A stretch of DNA of 49,756 bases, filler included, from Sphacelaria rigidula (Eukaryota), in assembly GCA_964200075.2 (NCBI GenBank). It is 3 parts of 3 records of this genome, joined end to end, with 100 filler letters (N's around TTAATTAATTAA, not from the genome) between each part and the next. Parts side by side here need not be neighbours in the genome. Positions count along the whole stretch, not along the records: positions 1 to 16,520 come from CAXNAA020001327.1; 2 more parts are not named here. The stretch is one strand, 5' to 3'. Positions 1-10,273 of the stretch are shown piece after piece. A program made the position numbers and the translations under genes. The notes beneath the pieces are model-generated. The model was not told the origin of the DNA and ran no database searches. It saw only the letters and a program-made list of their open reading frames with translations. Position 1 is the stretch's first letter, and each line of letters begins with the position of its first letter.

Positions 1-389
1 GTCTTTCGTGCAAGACAGATATGCCACTTCAGCCCCATATTTTGTTTGAACCCCAAAATATAAAATCGGCTGTTAACTCGTGCTGGCGCTGTGTTCTTCG
101 TAAGTGTTCGTGGTTTTGTATATTGTATACAGTATGTTCAGGTCAACTGTACCACAGAACACATGAAAACTCGACGGCTGTCAAAAGCATAGCTCGAGAT
201 TGGGGAAACTGGCTAGAAAAACCGCTCTAGGCACGCAGACGCGTGTGTTGTACTATAGTTGATGTGTTACGTGTGAGTACAAAATATGAAATTGGGTTTA
301 ATGCGGATTTGACTCTTGAGGGGTTCGCGACCTGTACGCTCTTATTTGCCTACCCCACCCGCCAAAAGCCGCGCTACCGAAGAGTCGCG

Positions 390-1640
390 CCCCATGACAT
401 GATAGGTGGAAAGCAACAACGTGTTCATCGTGATTTATATCTCATGATCATAAGGTGGACAATATGTACGCATGATTCGTGCTTCATAAACGAAAGGTGA
501 GAAACATGTGCACTTAATCCATTTTGTATTAATGGAAGGTACAGTAGGGAACATGTAGGTATATGATTCATGCCGCATGAATGGAAATTGGGAAACATGT
601 ACGCTTGATTCACCTCGTCGTATGAGTGGAAGGTGGGTTATATGTACGTATGATCCATGCTGCATGAACGGAAAATGGGAATTACGTAGGCTTGATTCAC
701 CTCGTATGAATGGAAGGTAGGTGGGGAACGTGTGCTCATGAGTCATGCTGAATGAATGGAAATTGCGGGAAGCATGTACCTATGCTTCACACCATACGAA
801 TCAAAGGTAGGAAACGAGTACCCTTGACGATGTACCGCACGAATCACGAACTGGGAATGTGTACACTCAAAGTGGCGTCGTACGAATCACGACCCCAAAA
901 CGTGTACACATCGCAACTTGCCTACGAATCGTATAATAATTGATTCGTCCAAATGTTGAATATGAGTCTAATCACGATTTTATTCGTCCGAACCGTGGGA
1001 TAATTCCTGAAGCACAAGGAAATGATCGATAACCTGACCTTCACCTAATTCGTTGTCCATCTCGAGATATTGTGGCGCACCAAAGGTCATGCCATGAAGC
1101 ATTTTATGGGTCATAACCTTTCTGACGCACGTAAGATTCCGTACCAAAATCAATATATTACGAGTAAAGGAGGCACTTAATGCACCAAATCTGGATTTCG
1201 CGTCTCAGGTTTTTAGAGTCGCGCTTTGAAAATTTGATATGCAGATTTGCTAGGACAAGATGAAAAATCTTCAGCTTCTTGAGTTTTTTCTACTATCATT
1301 AATGTTTTTCATTTGTAGGGGCGTTTTAAGGAAAATGGATAGTATTGGACACATATTATGGTGGTAGCGTGTCCGGTCTATGTTCCCGTTAGGGGGTCAA
1401 GAACGATGTTCAATACCCGAGGACTCGATTAGCCAGTAGCAAAATTTCGCATCCCTAAAAAAAGCGGCCTGACAATGGTAGGCTCAGAACTGGCATGTGG
1501 GCCTGACAAAGATACCACATTATTTGATGAATGGCCACCTCAGGAACGCTAGAGTCGGGTAGTGCACGCAAGCACTCGACCATTTTGAATAGGCCTTCCA
1601 GGCAAAAAAAATAGTTTTTTCCTGGGTTGCAGTCCAACGA
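390..1640 (+). mobile_element. Non-autonomous repeat element with an internal degenerate ~42-bp tandem array (about 395-900); a related copy lies at 32830-33139 on the opposite strand
   Basis: Monomers such as CATGAATGGAAATTGGGAAACATGTACGCTTGATTCACCTCG alternate with TATGAGTGGAAGGTGGGTTATATGTACGTATGATCCATGCTG. Downstream non-tandem sequence (ATAATTGATTCGTCCAAATGTTGAA...TTTTATTCGTCCGAACCGTG, ~936-997) recurs as a reverse complement near 32950-33015. Element ends are not resolved. Confidence 0.55.
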
Positions 1641-1761
1641 TACGCGCATACATCATACGAGCTACGGATGTAAACGACAAACGGATAGGAACAACAACTT
1701 TGAAGTTTAAGCAGTAACGTCAAAAAACGGTGACATCGACATTCAACAAACGAAAACCAAG

Positions 1762-1820
1762 TCGAAATCGCGATCGCAATCGAGATTGAAATCGAGATCG
1801 AGATCGGAATCGAGATCGAA
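1762..1820. repeat. Imperfect hexanucleotide microsatellite (ATCGAG/ATCGCR-like)
   Basis: GAAATCGCGATCGCAATCGAGATTGAAATCGAGATCGAGATCGGAATCGAGATCGAA is visible directly. Confidence 0.75.
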
Positions 1821-1920
1821 GCAGACATGATGGAAAGTGTGCTAATTTTCAAGTGCGACAGGCGCCAAGCCCACATCCTATTTATTTTATTTTCACTCAT
1901 GTTTCCTTTGTCGCACTTTG

Positions 1921-2150
1921 AACCCTTCCCTCTCCTCGGGACGAGTCCGTGGTCTCAAGGGATCAACTAATCTCTTCCCGGTGCACGCCTTGCATTTAGG
2001 TCTCGCGGATTAGGTCAGCACTACGGACCGCGCCAACTCTCGTCAAACAAACTCAGTCGACTACTTTTTGTTTACTCACGTACTCACGCTTTCGACGGTG
2101 GAAATCAGACCGAAGAAAAAAAACGACGCATCGGGATTCGAACCCTCGTT
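1921..2150 (-). mobile_element. SINE-like dispersed repeat (family A) with a tRNA B-box remnant
   Basis: Minus strand reads GGGTTCGAATCCCG (Pol III B box), then CCACCGTCGAAAGCGTGAGTACGTGAGTAAAC...AAATGCAAGGCG...TTGATCCCTTGAGACCACGGACTCGTCCCGAGGA. The same body recurs at ~6970-7150, ~8765-8950 and ~20449-20630. Confidence 0.7.
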
Positions 2151-2154
2151 CTCA

Positions 2155-2670
2155 CAACTGACCTGCTTGATGAGTTCGAGCAGAATGCCTTTCTGGGGGC
2201 AGTCCCCCATCTTTTATTCTCTCACGACGCTGGTGATTCCCTGATCGAGTATAGCTCCTCCCCGCTATTTTCAAGACGACTAAAACATTCCCATCGCCAA
2301 AGCAGTACATGAGAAGCTACGCGGGTCTACGAATACGTGTCCTCAATCGGCATAGTGCGCTTTTGTTCGCCACGGAGAGTGCGGCTGCAGACTCGGGAGT
2401 GGTAGCGCATCCGTGCTGAAGACGTCTCCCCACTGGAGGTCGGCGTGTCTGACGTCGACCAGGCAGGCCGCTCTCTTCCTGGTAGTTGCGGTTGGAGGCG
2501 TCTCTGAGTTCCCCTGCCGGGACGATGATGACCATCCAGTTGTCGCTATCTGCCGTGAAGCGATTCTCCACAGTCGTCTTGATTCCCAGTCGCTGCCGAA
2601 GCGCCGCGAGTGCGTGAACCAGCGGCTGGTGTTGTCTCACCTGGTCCTCCACTCTGTGACAGATGTGCTG
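2155..2670 (-). pseudogene. Decayed C-terminal region (zinc-knuckle remnant plus restriction-like endonuclease) of an RLE-type non-LTR retrotransposon
   Basis: Frameshift-joined translation HICHRVEDQVRQHQPLVHALAALRQRLGIKTTVENRFTADSDNWMVIIVPAGELRDASNRNY/RKRAACLVDVRHADLQ.../SFSCTALAMG.../AILDQGITSVV.../KGILLELIKQV follows the motif order of CRE/NeSL/R2-like RLE domains. It has several frameshifts and a stop. Confidence 0.7.
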
Positions 2671-3573
2671 CGATTCTTACGTAGAAACCCGAAGTTCCGC
2701 TGATGAGCGATCCTCAATTTCTTGATTAAATACTGCATGACTGCGGGTGCTCTCTATACCGAGGTTTTGTTTCACTATCATGATTTGCCGAGATTTTGCT
2801 GGCGAGGATCTTATCAAACATCCGACTTGAGAACTAAGTGCCGCCGATACATAACGGAGGCGCCAGCGTACCGAAAAACCATGAAGCACGTTGAGGAGAA
2901 GAAGGAATTCGGGTGAAATGCTCACATGTATGAATCGCAAACTGTGCTATGACTCACTACATACAATCATCCAGCGATAGAGTGGCTGTGACTGCCGCCT
3001 TCTCACATTGAGGCCATGTACCCTACGCCTGTGGCGTAAGCTGTTACTAATAGCACCGTGCCGACTTTCACGGCGCACAATGCTTCCCACACTGCATTCC
3101 TCCGTTTGTCTCCGCGAAATACTTCGTATGCACAATGCCTCACCTAACCGAAATACCGCCCAAAATTCTGAAAATCTGAGAGACGAATCTATCACCAACA
3201 CTAATTTTGGACCATGCACGCATCTCTGGAGCCGGCGTCCTGCAGGTAAATTGCACTGCATTAAGAGGCGAGATAACGTCAAATCTACATGCACAGTATT
3301 CATATCGATAGACTTGATTGTCGCACTTTAACTGAGTCGTACCCAAGGGTCCAGCCGTGGTGTCATGATAGTCGTACCCAAGAAAAACAAAATAGACTTG
3401 TCAAGGAGAAGTCCCGACCATCCGTCGTGAATACTTGCGACCCTAAAAAACGTGTCGACACAAGTAAGTAGGAATCTACCAGCACAGGAAAGTGCGAGTG
3501 AGAAAGACGTAAAACGTGTGGACAACGCTCAAACTTGATAATGCTGTAAGGGTAGCGGTAGAGGAGCGAGTGT

Positions 3574-6500
3574 CTATTCAGGTCGGGGTTGCCTCTTTCT
3601 GCTCGTAGCCTGCTGCTCCTCCCGTCTCCTGACTTGTTCGCGAAAAAGCGGTTTTTCCTCTTCAGAAAGATGCGGGAGCACGGGTAGCTCGAATCTCACC
3701 GACGCGTGCGTATGGATCCATCGCATGATGGGTCCTACCTTACCGACGCCGGAGAAAAACCTGTGGACCCAGCAACACCAATCCAATAACATCACAGTGT
3801 AAGAACAATCACAACTTTGTGGCAGGTTTGTACTCGAAAGTGCACGCTTTTGAATGAAGACACGCTTGTTGTCCGCAGAGTGCGCCACTCACCGAAACGG
3901 CGGTCCCTTGTCTTCTGCTGGTAGAAGAACGATCGCCGGAAGTGGCGGGAGAGTGATTCCGAAATCAGAAGGTGGACTCTCTTCCGTGACGTCCATTGCA
4001 GCCACCATGACCGACGGTATGGCTAAGTTTTTGAATCTTTCGCCGACACGCTGGACGTGGTAACAGTTTATTCACAGAGAGCAGTGGCCAGGTGGAAACG
4101 TCAAAGACTTCATCGGCACCCACTCTGGTGGTTGGTCCCAACAGAGCATCACGTTTCCCATCAACCGCCCTCGGCTCCTTTGTAGTGGTGGCAAGCACCA
4201 GCAATATTTGGTTCTACTCACTACCCAGAACGTTTAGTAGGTGTTACACTGTGGTTGAGGTGTCATTTGAATCTGACGACATTTTCCCTATTGGGCTAGA
4301 AAGCCAACCCGAATTCACCTTGTAGTAGGGTAAAAAATGGCTGCAGCTCTCGCATTCCTGATGAGACGAAGACGCAAAGACAGGTGCCGTCGAAAGAGCT
4401 TGTAAGCAGCGTGTGCGCAGGACATGCCATCGCACGCAGAATACGCCTTGAATCCATGCTACACCAAAATGAACATTCACGTTGATCCGATCACGCAAGA
4501 CATAAAAGGGAAAACGTCGCGGCATTTCATACAGACTGTGGACAACGGCAACGATGGGATAGCGCCAAGAAGCATCATACACACGGCACCTTCGAGTAGA
4601 AGAAGATGATCACATCCTTGCTATCGTCTAGGACCTCATGCTCAAACGTGTTTCTGGTCACCTAGATCAAGGTGGCACGGGAACGTAGAACCCACAGCAT
4701 TAAAGAGTCACTACTTTGCGACAGGCAGTGAGGCAAGATCTGCACAAGATGCGTGCACTACAGAGATGAACAAGACTACTCTTGGGTCCCTATCATCAAG
4801 CCGAATAAGTATCGCGGCAACGGTTTGGCATTGAGTACTGTGAGGAGAAACGATTGCTTGCGCCTCACTTGAAATATTGCATCCTGTGGTTTCAGCTGTT
4901 CCGAAACCCCTGGCACCTCCGGGGGTGATTTCCGCTTCGTCTTACGGCGCGCAGTGTTGTGTTTGCTGTATGGAACAGCGCTGACCATTGCCTTTTGTGC
5001 GTCCTGAGATCTCTGCATGCGACCACTCAAAAACGCCGAAGTGAACTGAAGGAGCGTCTCGCGATTGATGGGGAGGTTCTCGGGAAAGGGCAACTGTCTG
5101 CCATCCCTCGTGTTGAAGCCTAGCTGGGGTAAGCGCTCACGGCTACCTGGTTGCGTGTGTGATCCCAGTTGAAAGGGTTCATGGCGCAGCTGTTAAGGGA
5201 CACAAGGTACATCATTCTTCCAACTGTGGTGGAAAGTACTCGGCGCCACACGCTGAACTTGGCCGGGACAGTACTCACCAAAGAGACCCAGAGTCTTCAT
5301 ACTGTCCGCAAAGGCAACTCCGTCCGCGTAGAGGCAGGAAATACGCCCTCTCTGGGAGCACGTTGATGGCATGGACAACGTCGATGCAACACGCAGCAAA
5401 CGTGCGCATCCTAAGCTGCTTAGGGATTCGATGTATGGTGGGTAGAGACTTCTTGTTGAAAGTAGTGCTAAAACCACCGGTTGGTATGGAACGATGGTGA
5501 GTTTTGTTGTGTGCATTCAAAGTTAAAAAAATTGCAGTTTCAGGGTCCTTCTTACGATGGTTGACGGAGGGAGATACACCTCTCCCTGCTATCTGTTGAG
5601 CAATCGGGGGGCTTGACTCGCACGAACGCCTACTGATTTTCCGTAGAACGTCGCCAACGTGTACATGAAGTACAGGGCAGGAGCATGATAACGCAGGACT
5701 AGCACATTTTGGGGGACAGGTGCAGGTACAATATCAAGTGCTGGCAAACGGGCCGGGAAGTAGATTATCCCCATAAAAAGTGGAGGAGCAAGTGAGACGG
5801 CTGCTCCCGTCAGTCAGCATCAGTCAACCGTCGGAGGTGATGAGTCTTTAATAGCCCGGTCGTGTTTGCGTCGGTTCAATGGCATTCTATTACCCATATC
5901 TTTTATTTAATGTGTAGTAACGTTTTCTCACATGCTCTAGGGCTACTTCCTCAAGTTCCTTGATTAATTCGCGGTTGCTCACGCCGCCCGACATGCCGCT
6001 GACCGAGGTTCCGAGATCGCCAGCGGCAATATCTGACACAGACGTCGTGAAGTGCAAGATATCAAATCATTTGACGTATAAATATGCGTTTGCTGAAGCT
6101 AGGCAGTACACCTCCAAAGCTTTCGCCGCGACCTGGTGGTCTAATTGTCATGTCATGGATCAGTTACGGCGGATTAGTTGGTTCGAACCCCGAGAGTCAT
6201 GGTATATTTCAAGGCCGTGTTCTGTAGGGTACGGATATGTTCGGTAGGGTATGATACTTCTGACAGAACTTACAAAACCTGTCGTGTACGGTATGAACGC
6301 TGTACAGAGACCCTCACCCATAATCGGGTATTTCTACAAGGGTATACCCGTACCCTGGGTAAGGGTAAATATTTCGTACAGATCGCGCAGAACTGACGGG
6401 TACCTGCATGGGAGGCCTGCCTTACTCACAGAACTGTCGGGTAAGGGTATGGGAAGTTCCCACAACCCGCAGAACCTGCCGGGCACGGGTAATGCCTGGG

Positions 6501-9500
6501 TAAATACCCCAGGTATACAAAGAATCGTACCCTACTGAACAACATAAGCTTGAAATATTCCGAAACCATCTTCAATACATACGGTGTTTGCGCATGGTTG
6601 GGTTTGGGGGCGGTTTTGATTGCCCACCACCTAGCATTTCCCTGAGGACGGTTGAAGAGGAAAACAACTCCAAGGTTGTGTGTGCTCTGTAGGGTACAGC
6701 TGTGTTCGGTAGGGGCATGACATTTCTTGCCAAACTTAGAGAACTGTCAGGTACCGGCATGATATTCCTACATGACCTACAGAACCTGTCAGGTACAGGA
6801 ACTCTTACCCGCAACCGGGCATTTCTACAAAGGTATACCCTTGCCCCCGGTGAAGGATAAGAAAATCGTACAGGCCGTACAGAGCTGTCGGATACAGGTA
6901 ATATCAGCGTAAATACTCGGAGTAGACAAAAAATCGTACCTTACAAAGCACAGCCTTGGAACTTAACGGTTTTCCGTTGTGGAAGGCGTGGGAACATGAG
7001 TTAACAAATAACGTCGATGAAAAACACTCGGCTGCGGTACAGTACGATAGTGGTTCTGATTCAATGCTCGATAAAAAAATGCAAGGCGGCTACCGAGGGG
7101 AAGATGGGCTGATCCCTTGAGACCACGGACGCGTCGTGAGGAAGGGTAGGAGTGAAAAATATGACGAGAGACTCGTTCAACTAACTACGGAGGGCTATCT
7201 CGCTTGCTTGTGAATATCAGATGCGACAAAATGTCGCTCACCTGGAAGTTCTAGAAACATAATGAGCATCGGAAGGCGGGTTCGCTCGTATTGCGGGAAG
7301 TTTCCATGAGTCAAACGGCCCACCAAAGGCATACTTTCCTGCGGGCGAGAACAACACGAAGAAATGTGTGTGTTTTAGGTTGGCCATCAGCATCAAATCT
7401 TTTACGAATAACGATGACGTTCTGAGTTGGCATAACTCAGTGGTGACTGCCGATGAAAACATTTCAAATGCGCTCGGAAAGAACAGCTGTACCTTGAGAA
7501 TCCAATCCTTGATAGAGGCGTTTTCTTCGAGAATTTCTTGCAAGTGGAGGCTTGGTCCCATGGAAACTCCAGGCCTGGAACGGGATAACGTGATGAGCGG
7601 CACCGGGCCCTCAGAACACTAGTTTTGTCTATACATTTCTACCATAACATAAAGCGGGGAGTATAAGGGTGGAACTTACCTCTTTAAAACGACTTCCGGT
7701 GTCCTCAGTATCCACCCAAGCTTTTTGAAGTGCTCTGATACTGTCGCGTCGTCCACAACTCCCAAGTATAAATCGAACTGCGCGAACAACGGAGGACTAC
7801 GTGATCTCAGCCACGTGGATACCACGAATGATAGACAACCCATAGTGTAGTGCTGTTTTCCCAACGACTTTCCGCTCTTTTTCAGTTCCACGTCTACAAG
7901 TAAAACTTGCATCGGAAGAGTATATGCCCACTGACCATTAACTTCAGATCGACAGCGGCTTCCATGAAGTCTTCCATCTCATCCTCCTCCATTACAAGAG
8001 CGTCCGAGAAGAACCCTACCACCTGGTTCAAATGAACGTGTTGGAGAAACCAGGGGTGCCACACATATTATTGAACGGTGTAACTTTGTCTTCAACACCG
8101 CGTCCTTGAAACGTGGGTGAGTGGAAAGTTATGGCGTACTGCCGTTCGAACACTGTGTGCAGGATCATAACCACAACCCGCAGCACTCGTGCTTTTACCC
8201 CAAGTTCTCAGTGTGCTCAGGCCGACTGCACGATGCCCTCGCTCTGTTGCAATACACTACACTACGCCGCACGTCAGTTCACCAAACGGCCGCCACAAGG
8301 TACAAGAAATGTAACCACGCAACCTCAGTACGCACCGCAATTGCCGTGGTTGACGTGTGTTTATACCCGTTCCGAGGGTCTTGGAAGAAGGCTTCTACTT
8401 CGGCGACGCTCCTGAGTCTTCGCGTAGGCGGGTCCCTTTGTTTTCGGACAAATTCGGTAATAGCGTGTCGCTCGTGTGGGCCTTCGTACAGTAGCGCCTT
8501 TGACTTGCGCTTTTGTGTGATAAGGGCAACAATGGGAAGGTGCTGCGCGGCGGCTGTCTGGCCCTTCACCACATCATACAGCAGCTGGCGTTCTTGGTCG
8601 GCATCAATCCGCCCCAGTTGTACCTGGGAGAGTATGGTGCACACAAAAATAAAGAGATACAGCCGCCGCGCTCCGGTGGTGTAACTATAACAACGACAGC
8701 CACGTACGGCGGGAGGTTACGGGCTCGACGAACGATATATACGGTCTTGTTGAGGAGGACCTACTCTCTGCCGTTGAGAGAGAAATGACGCGAGTAGCAA
8801 AACAGTTCGACGAGAGCCGACGGAGTGCAGGAGTGCAGGAGTGGTGATCCAGTCGCCGATAAATAAAAGTTAGGTAGTAGGTAGGTAGGGTACCGGGAGA
8901 GGAGTGGGTTGATTCCTTGGGACTGCGATTTCGTCCCGGAGAAGGGGGGGTATACTCATGATCTTGCATGCAAAGTCATACATACTGTATGGCCATTGGG
9001 GAGGGGTCAAACGATGACGGAAGAAAAACGCGCAGTACACAATGCACAAGTATATCCGGTATTGATTTCAGTGGCGCGGTGGCAAAGTGGGGTCAGGAGG
9101 TTGTCCGGGGGGTTGCGGAGGGTTGTGAAGGGTTAGGCCCCATGAGAGGGAGGGAGCGCTAGGAACTGAAACGCAGCTCGTGTGTGCTACCCGGGCAACC
9201 GCATATCGAGTGAATATCCAGTAACATTTCGTTCATCTGCTGCGGGCTCGGAAAATATCCTCGGACCCTACCCTCCTCCGTACAGACTCTTCTTGACAGA
9301 CCGACAACAGCTCGCCTTTTCGCAGCTTCCTGTCGTTAAATGGAGCCATCTGCATTTATAATTTTCCATTACTAGCTGTGGGCTGGAAACGTTTGCCTCG
9401 GGGGGTTCGAGGTGTTGATTTGAAACTATGTAGGACACCTCTAACACGCTTGTACGGTACGAGTGATGACTTCCGGTGTTTTCGTAGTTTCCGTGGTTTC

Positions 9501-10273
9501 TAACGAACTCACTCCCAACGCTTCCAGGTCAGCAGTGGCACCCTGATACTCCGCCTCGTAACGGATGCATTTGTGGCACGATCTAGACGAAGCAGCTATG
9601 AGTAGCGTGCCTCCCTTCCGAAGAGTTTCTGCGAAGTTTGCAGACGTTAGGTTCACATGGCCCGCGCTGAGGATGGGCACCACATCACCCTCGTCTGCGA
9701 AACCTGAGCCATGTATTTTGCACATACGGCGGTCGTTGTTGGAATTAGACGCCCTGATCGACACCGTTGTTGTCGTGGCATATATTTTCGCTCTATTTAT
9801 TGGTCATGGCGCAGAGTACTCACAAAAGCGGCAGTCATCTCCTTCATAGCCCACGTCGCACTCGCAAACGAAGTCCTTGCAGGTTCCGTGCCCCGAGCAA
9901 TTGTTGAAGCACACCGAGTCCACCTGAATTTCGGCGCTCTGGTTCGGTGCTGCCACCAGGACGCCTGAGACGTGAGGAAACCAGCATGCGGCAAGATACA
10001 CAGAGGCAAAATGACGGAGGTGAACTTGTTGCACATGTGAGCAAATACACAAATCATTGGTCTGGCAATGTGAACCACTATTCGGGGCGCCGGCTCGAAG
10101 TCATGTTTCAGGCGAGCAACTGGGATCAAATTTGAATGCATTTTTTTCTGCGAGTAAAGCACACTTTGTCCGATCCTAATCCTCCGCATCGGATTGGGAG
10201 CCGATCTCACCGGTGGGAGCATTGCCACCGTAGGGGTGCACAAAATACTCGTGAGGTTTGAATTTGTAGGAAC
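3574..10273 (-). CDS. EGF-like domain plus four-thioredoxin-fold (a-b-b'-a') protein disulfide isomerase-like protein; multi-exon, 5' end unresolved
   Basis: Phase-consistent GT-AG exons read by hand (5' to 3'): 10273-10211 (tentative), 9964-9824 (EGF: CFNNCSGHGTCKDFVCECDVGYEGDDC), 9703-9513 (NLTSANF...SRSCHKC), 8623-8336, 8022-7936 (VVGFFSD), 7777-7680, 7574-7493, 7338-7242 (MPLVGRLTHGNF), 6032-5932, 5351-5279 (RGRISCLYADG), 5146-4869, 4661-4590 (TFEHEVLDDSKDVIIFFYSK), 4357-4319 (ECESCSHFLPYYK), 4050-3893 (VMVAAMDVT), 3760-3574 (TAG stop). There is no internal stop. Confidence 0.88.
6210..6552. mobile_element. MITE-like element with CAAGG...CTTG terminal inverted repeats and internal ACAGAAC/GGGTA sub-repeats (copy 1, intronic)
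   Basis: The 5' end CAAGGCCGTGTTCTGTAGGGTACG is an imperfect reverse complement of the 3' end CGTACCCTACTGAACAACATAAGCTTG. A second copy follows at 6671. No clean TSD was seen. Confidence 0.7.
6671..6958. mobile_element. MITE-like element, same family (copy 2, intronic)
   Basis: Ends CAAGGTTGTGTGTGCTCTGTAGGGTAC and GTACCTTACAAAGCACAGCCTTG. The interior (GTTCGGTAGGG, ATTTCTACAA.GGTATACCC, AATCGTACC) is colinear with copy 1. Confidence 0.7.
6970..7150 (+). mobile_element. SINE-like family A copy (diverged, intronic)
   Basis: AAATGCAAGGCGGCTACCGAGGGGAAGATGGGCTGATCCCTTGAGACCACGGACGCGTCGTGAGGAAGGG matches the reverse complement of 1921-2000. Confidence 0.7.
8765..8950 (+). mobile_element. SINE-like family A copy (strongly diverged, intronic)
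   Basis: GTTCGACGAGAG...AGTGGTGATCCAGTCG...ACCGGGAGAGGAGTGGGTTGATTCCTTGGGACTGCGATTTCGTCCCGGAGAAGGG aligns by eye with the family body. Confidence 0.55.

Noticed and set aside
1520-1900. ORF with an ISISISIAIAIS tract
   Set aside because: It is a translation of the hexanucleotide microsatellite.
2115-2160. tRNA gene (also 19281-19350 and GGTTCGAACCCC near 6180)
   Set aside because: Only box motifs are present and no full cloverleaf or acceptor stem can be drawn. The first two are treated as SINE heads and the third is left uncalled.
4358-4375. Hammerhead core CTGATGAG (also near 2700 and 24628)
   Set aside because: No stem II followed by GAAA. The 4358 instance is simply the antisense of a PDI-like splice acceptor.
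4319-9600. Selenocysteine (UxxC/CxxU) in the thioredoxin sites
   Set aside because: Both motifs use Cys codons, and the model has no in-frame TGA.
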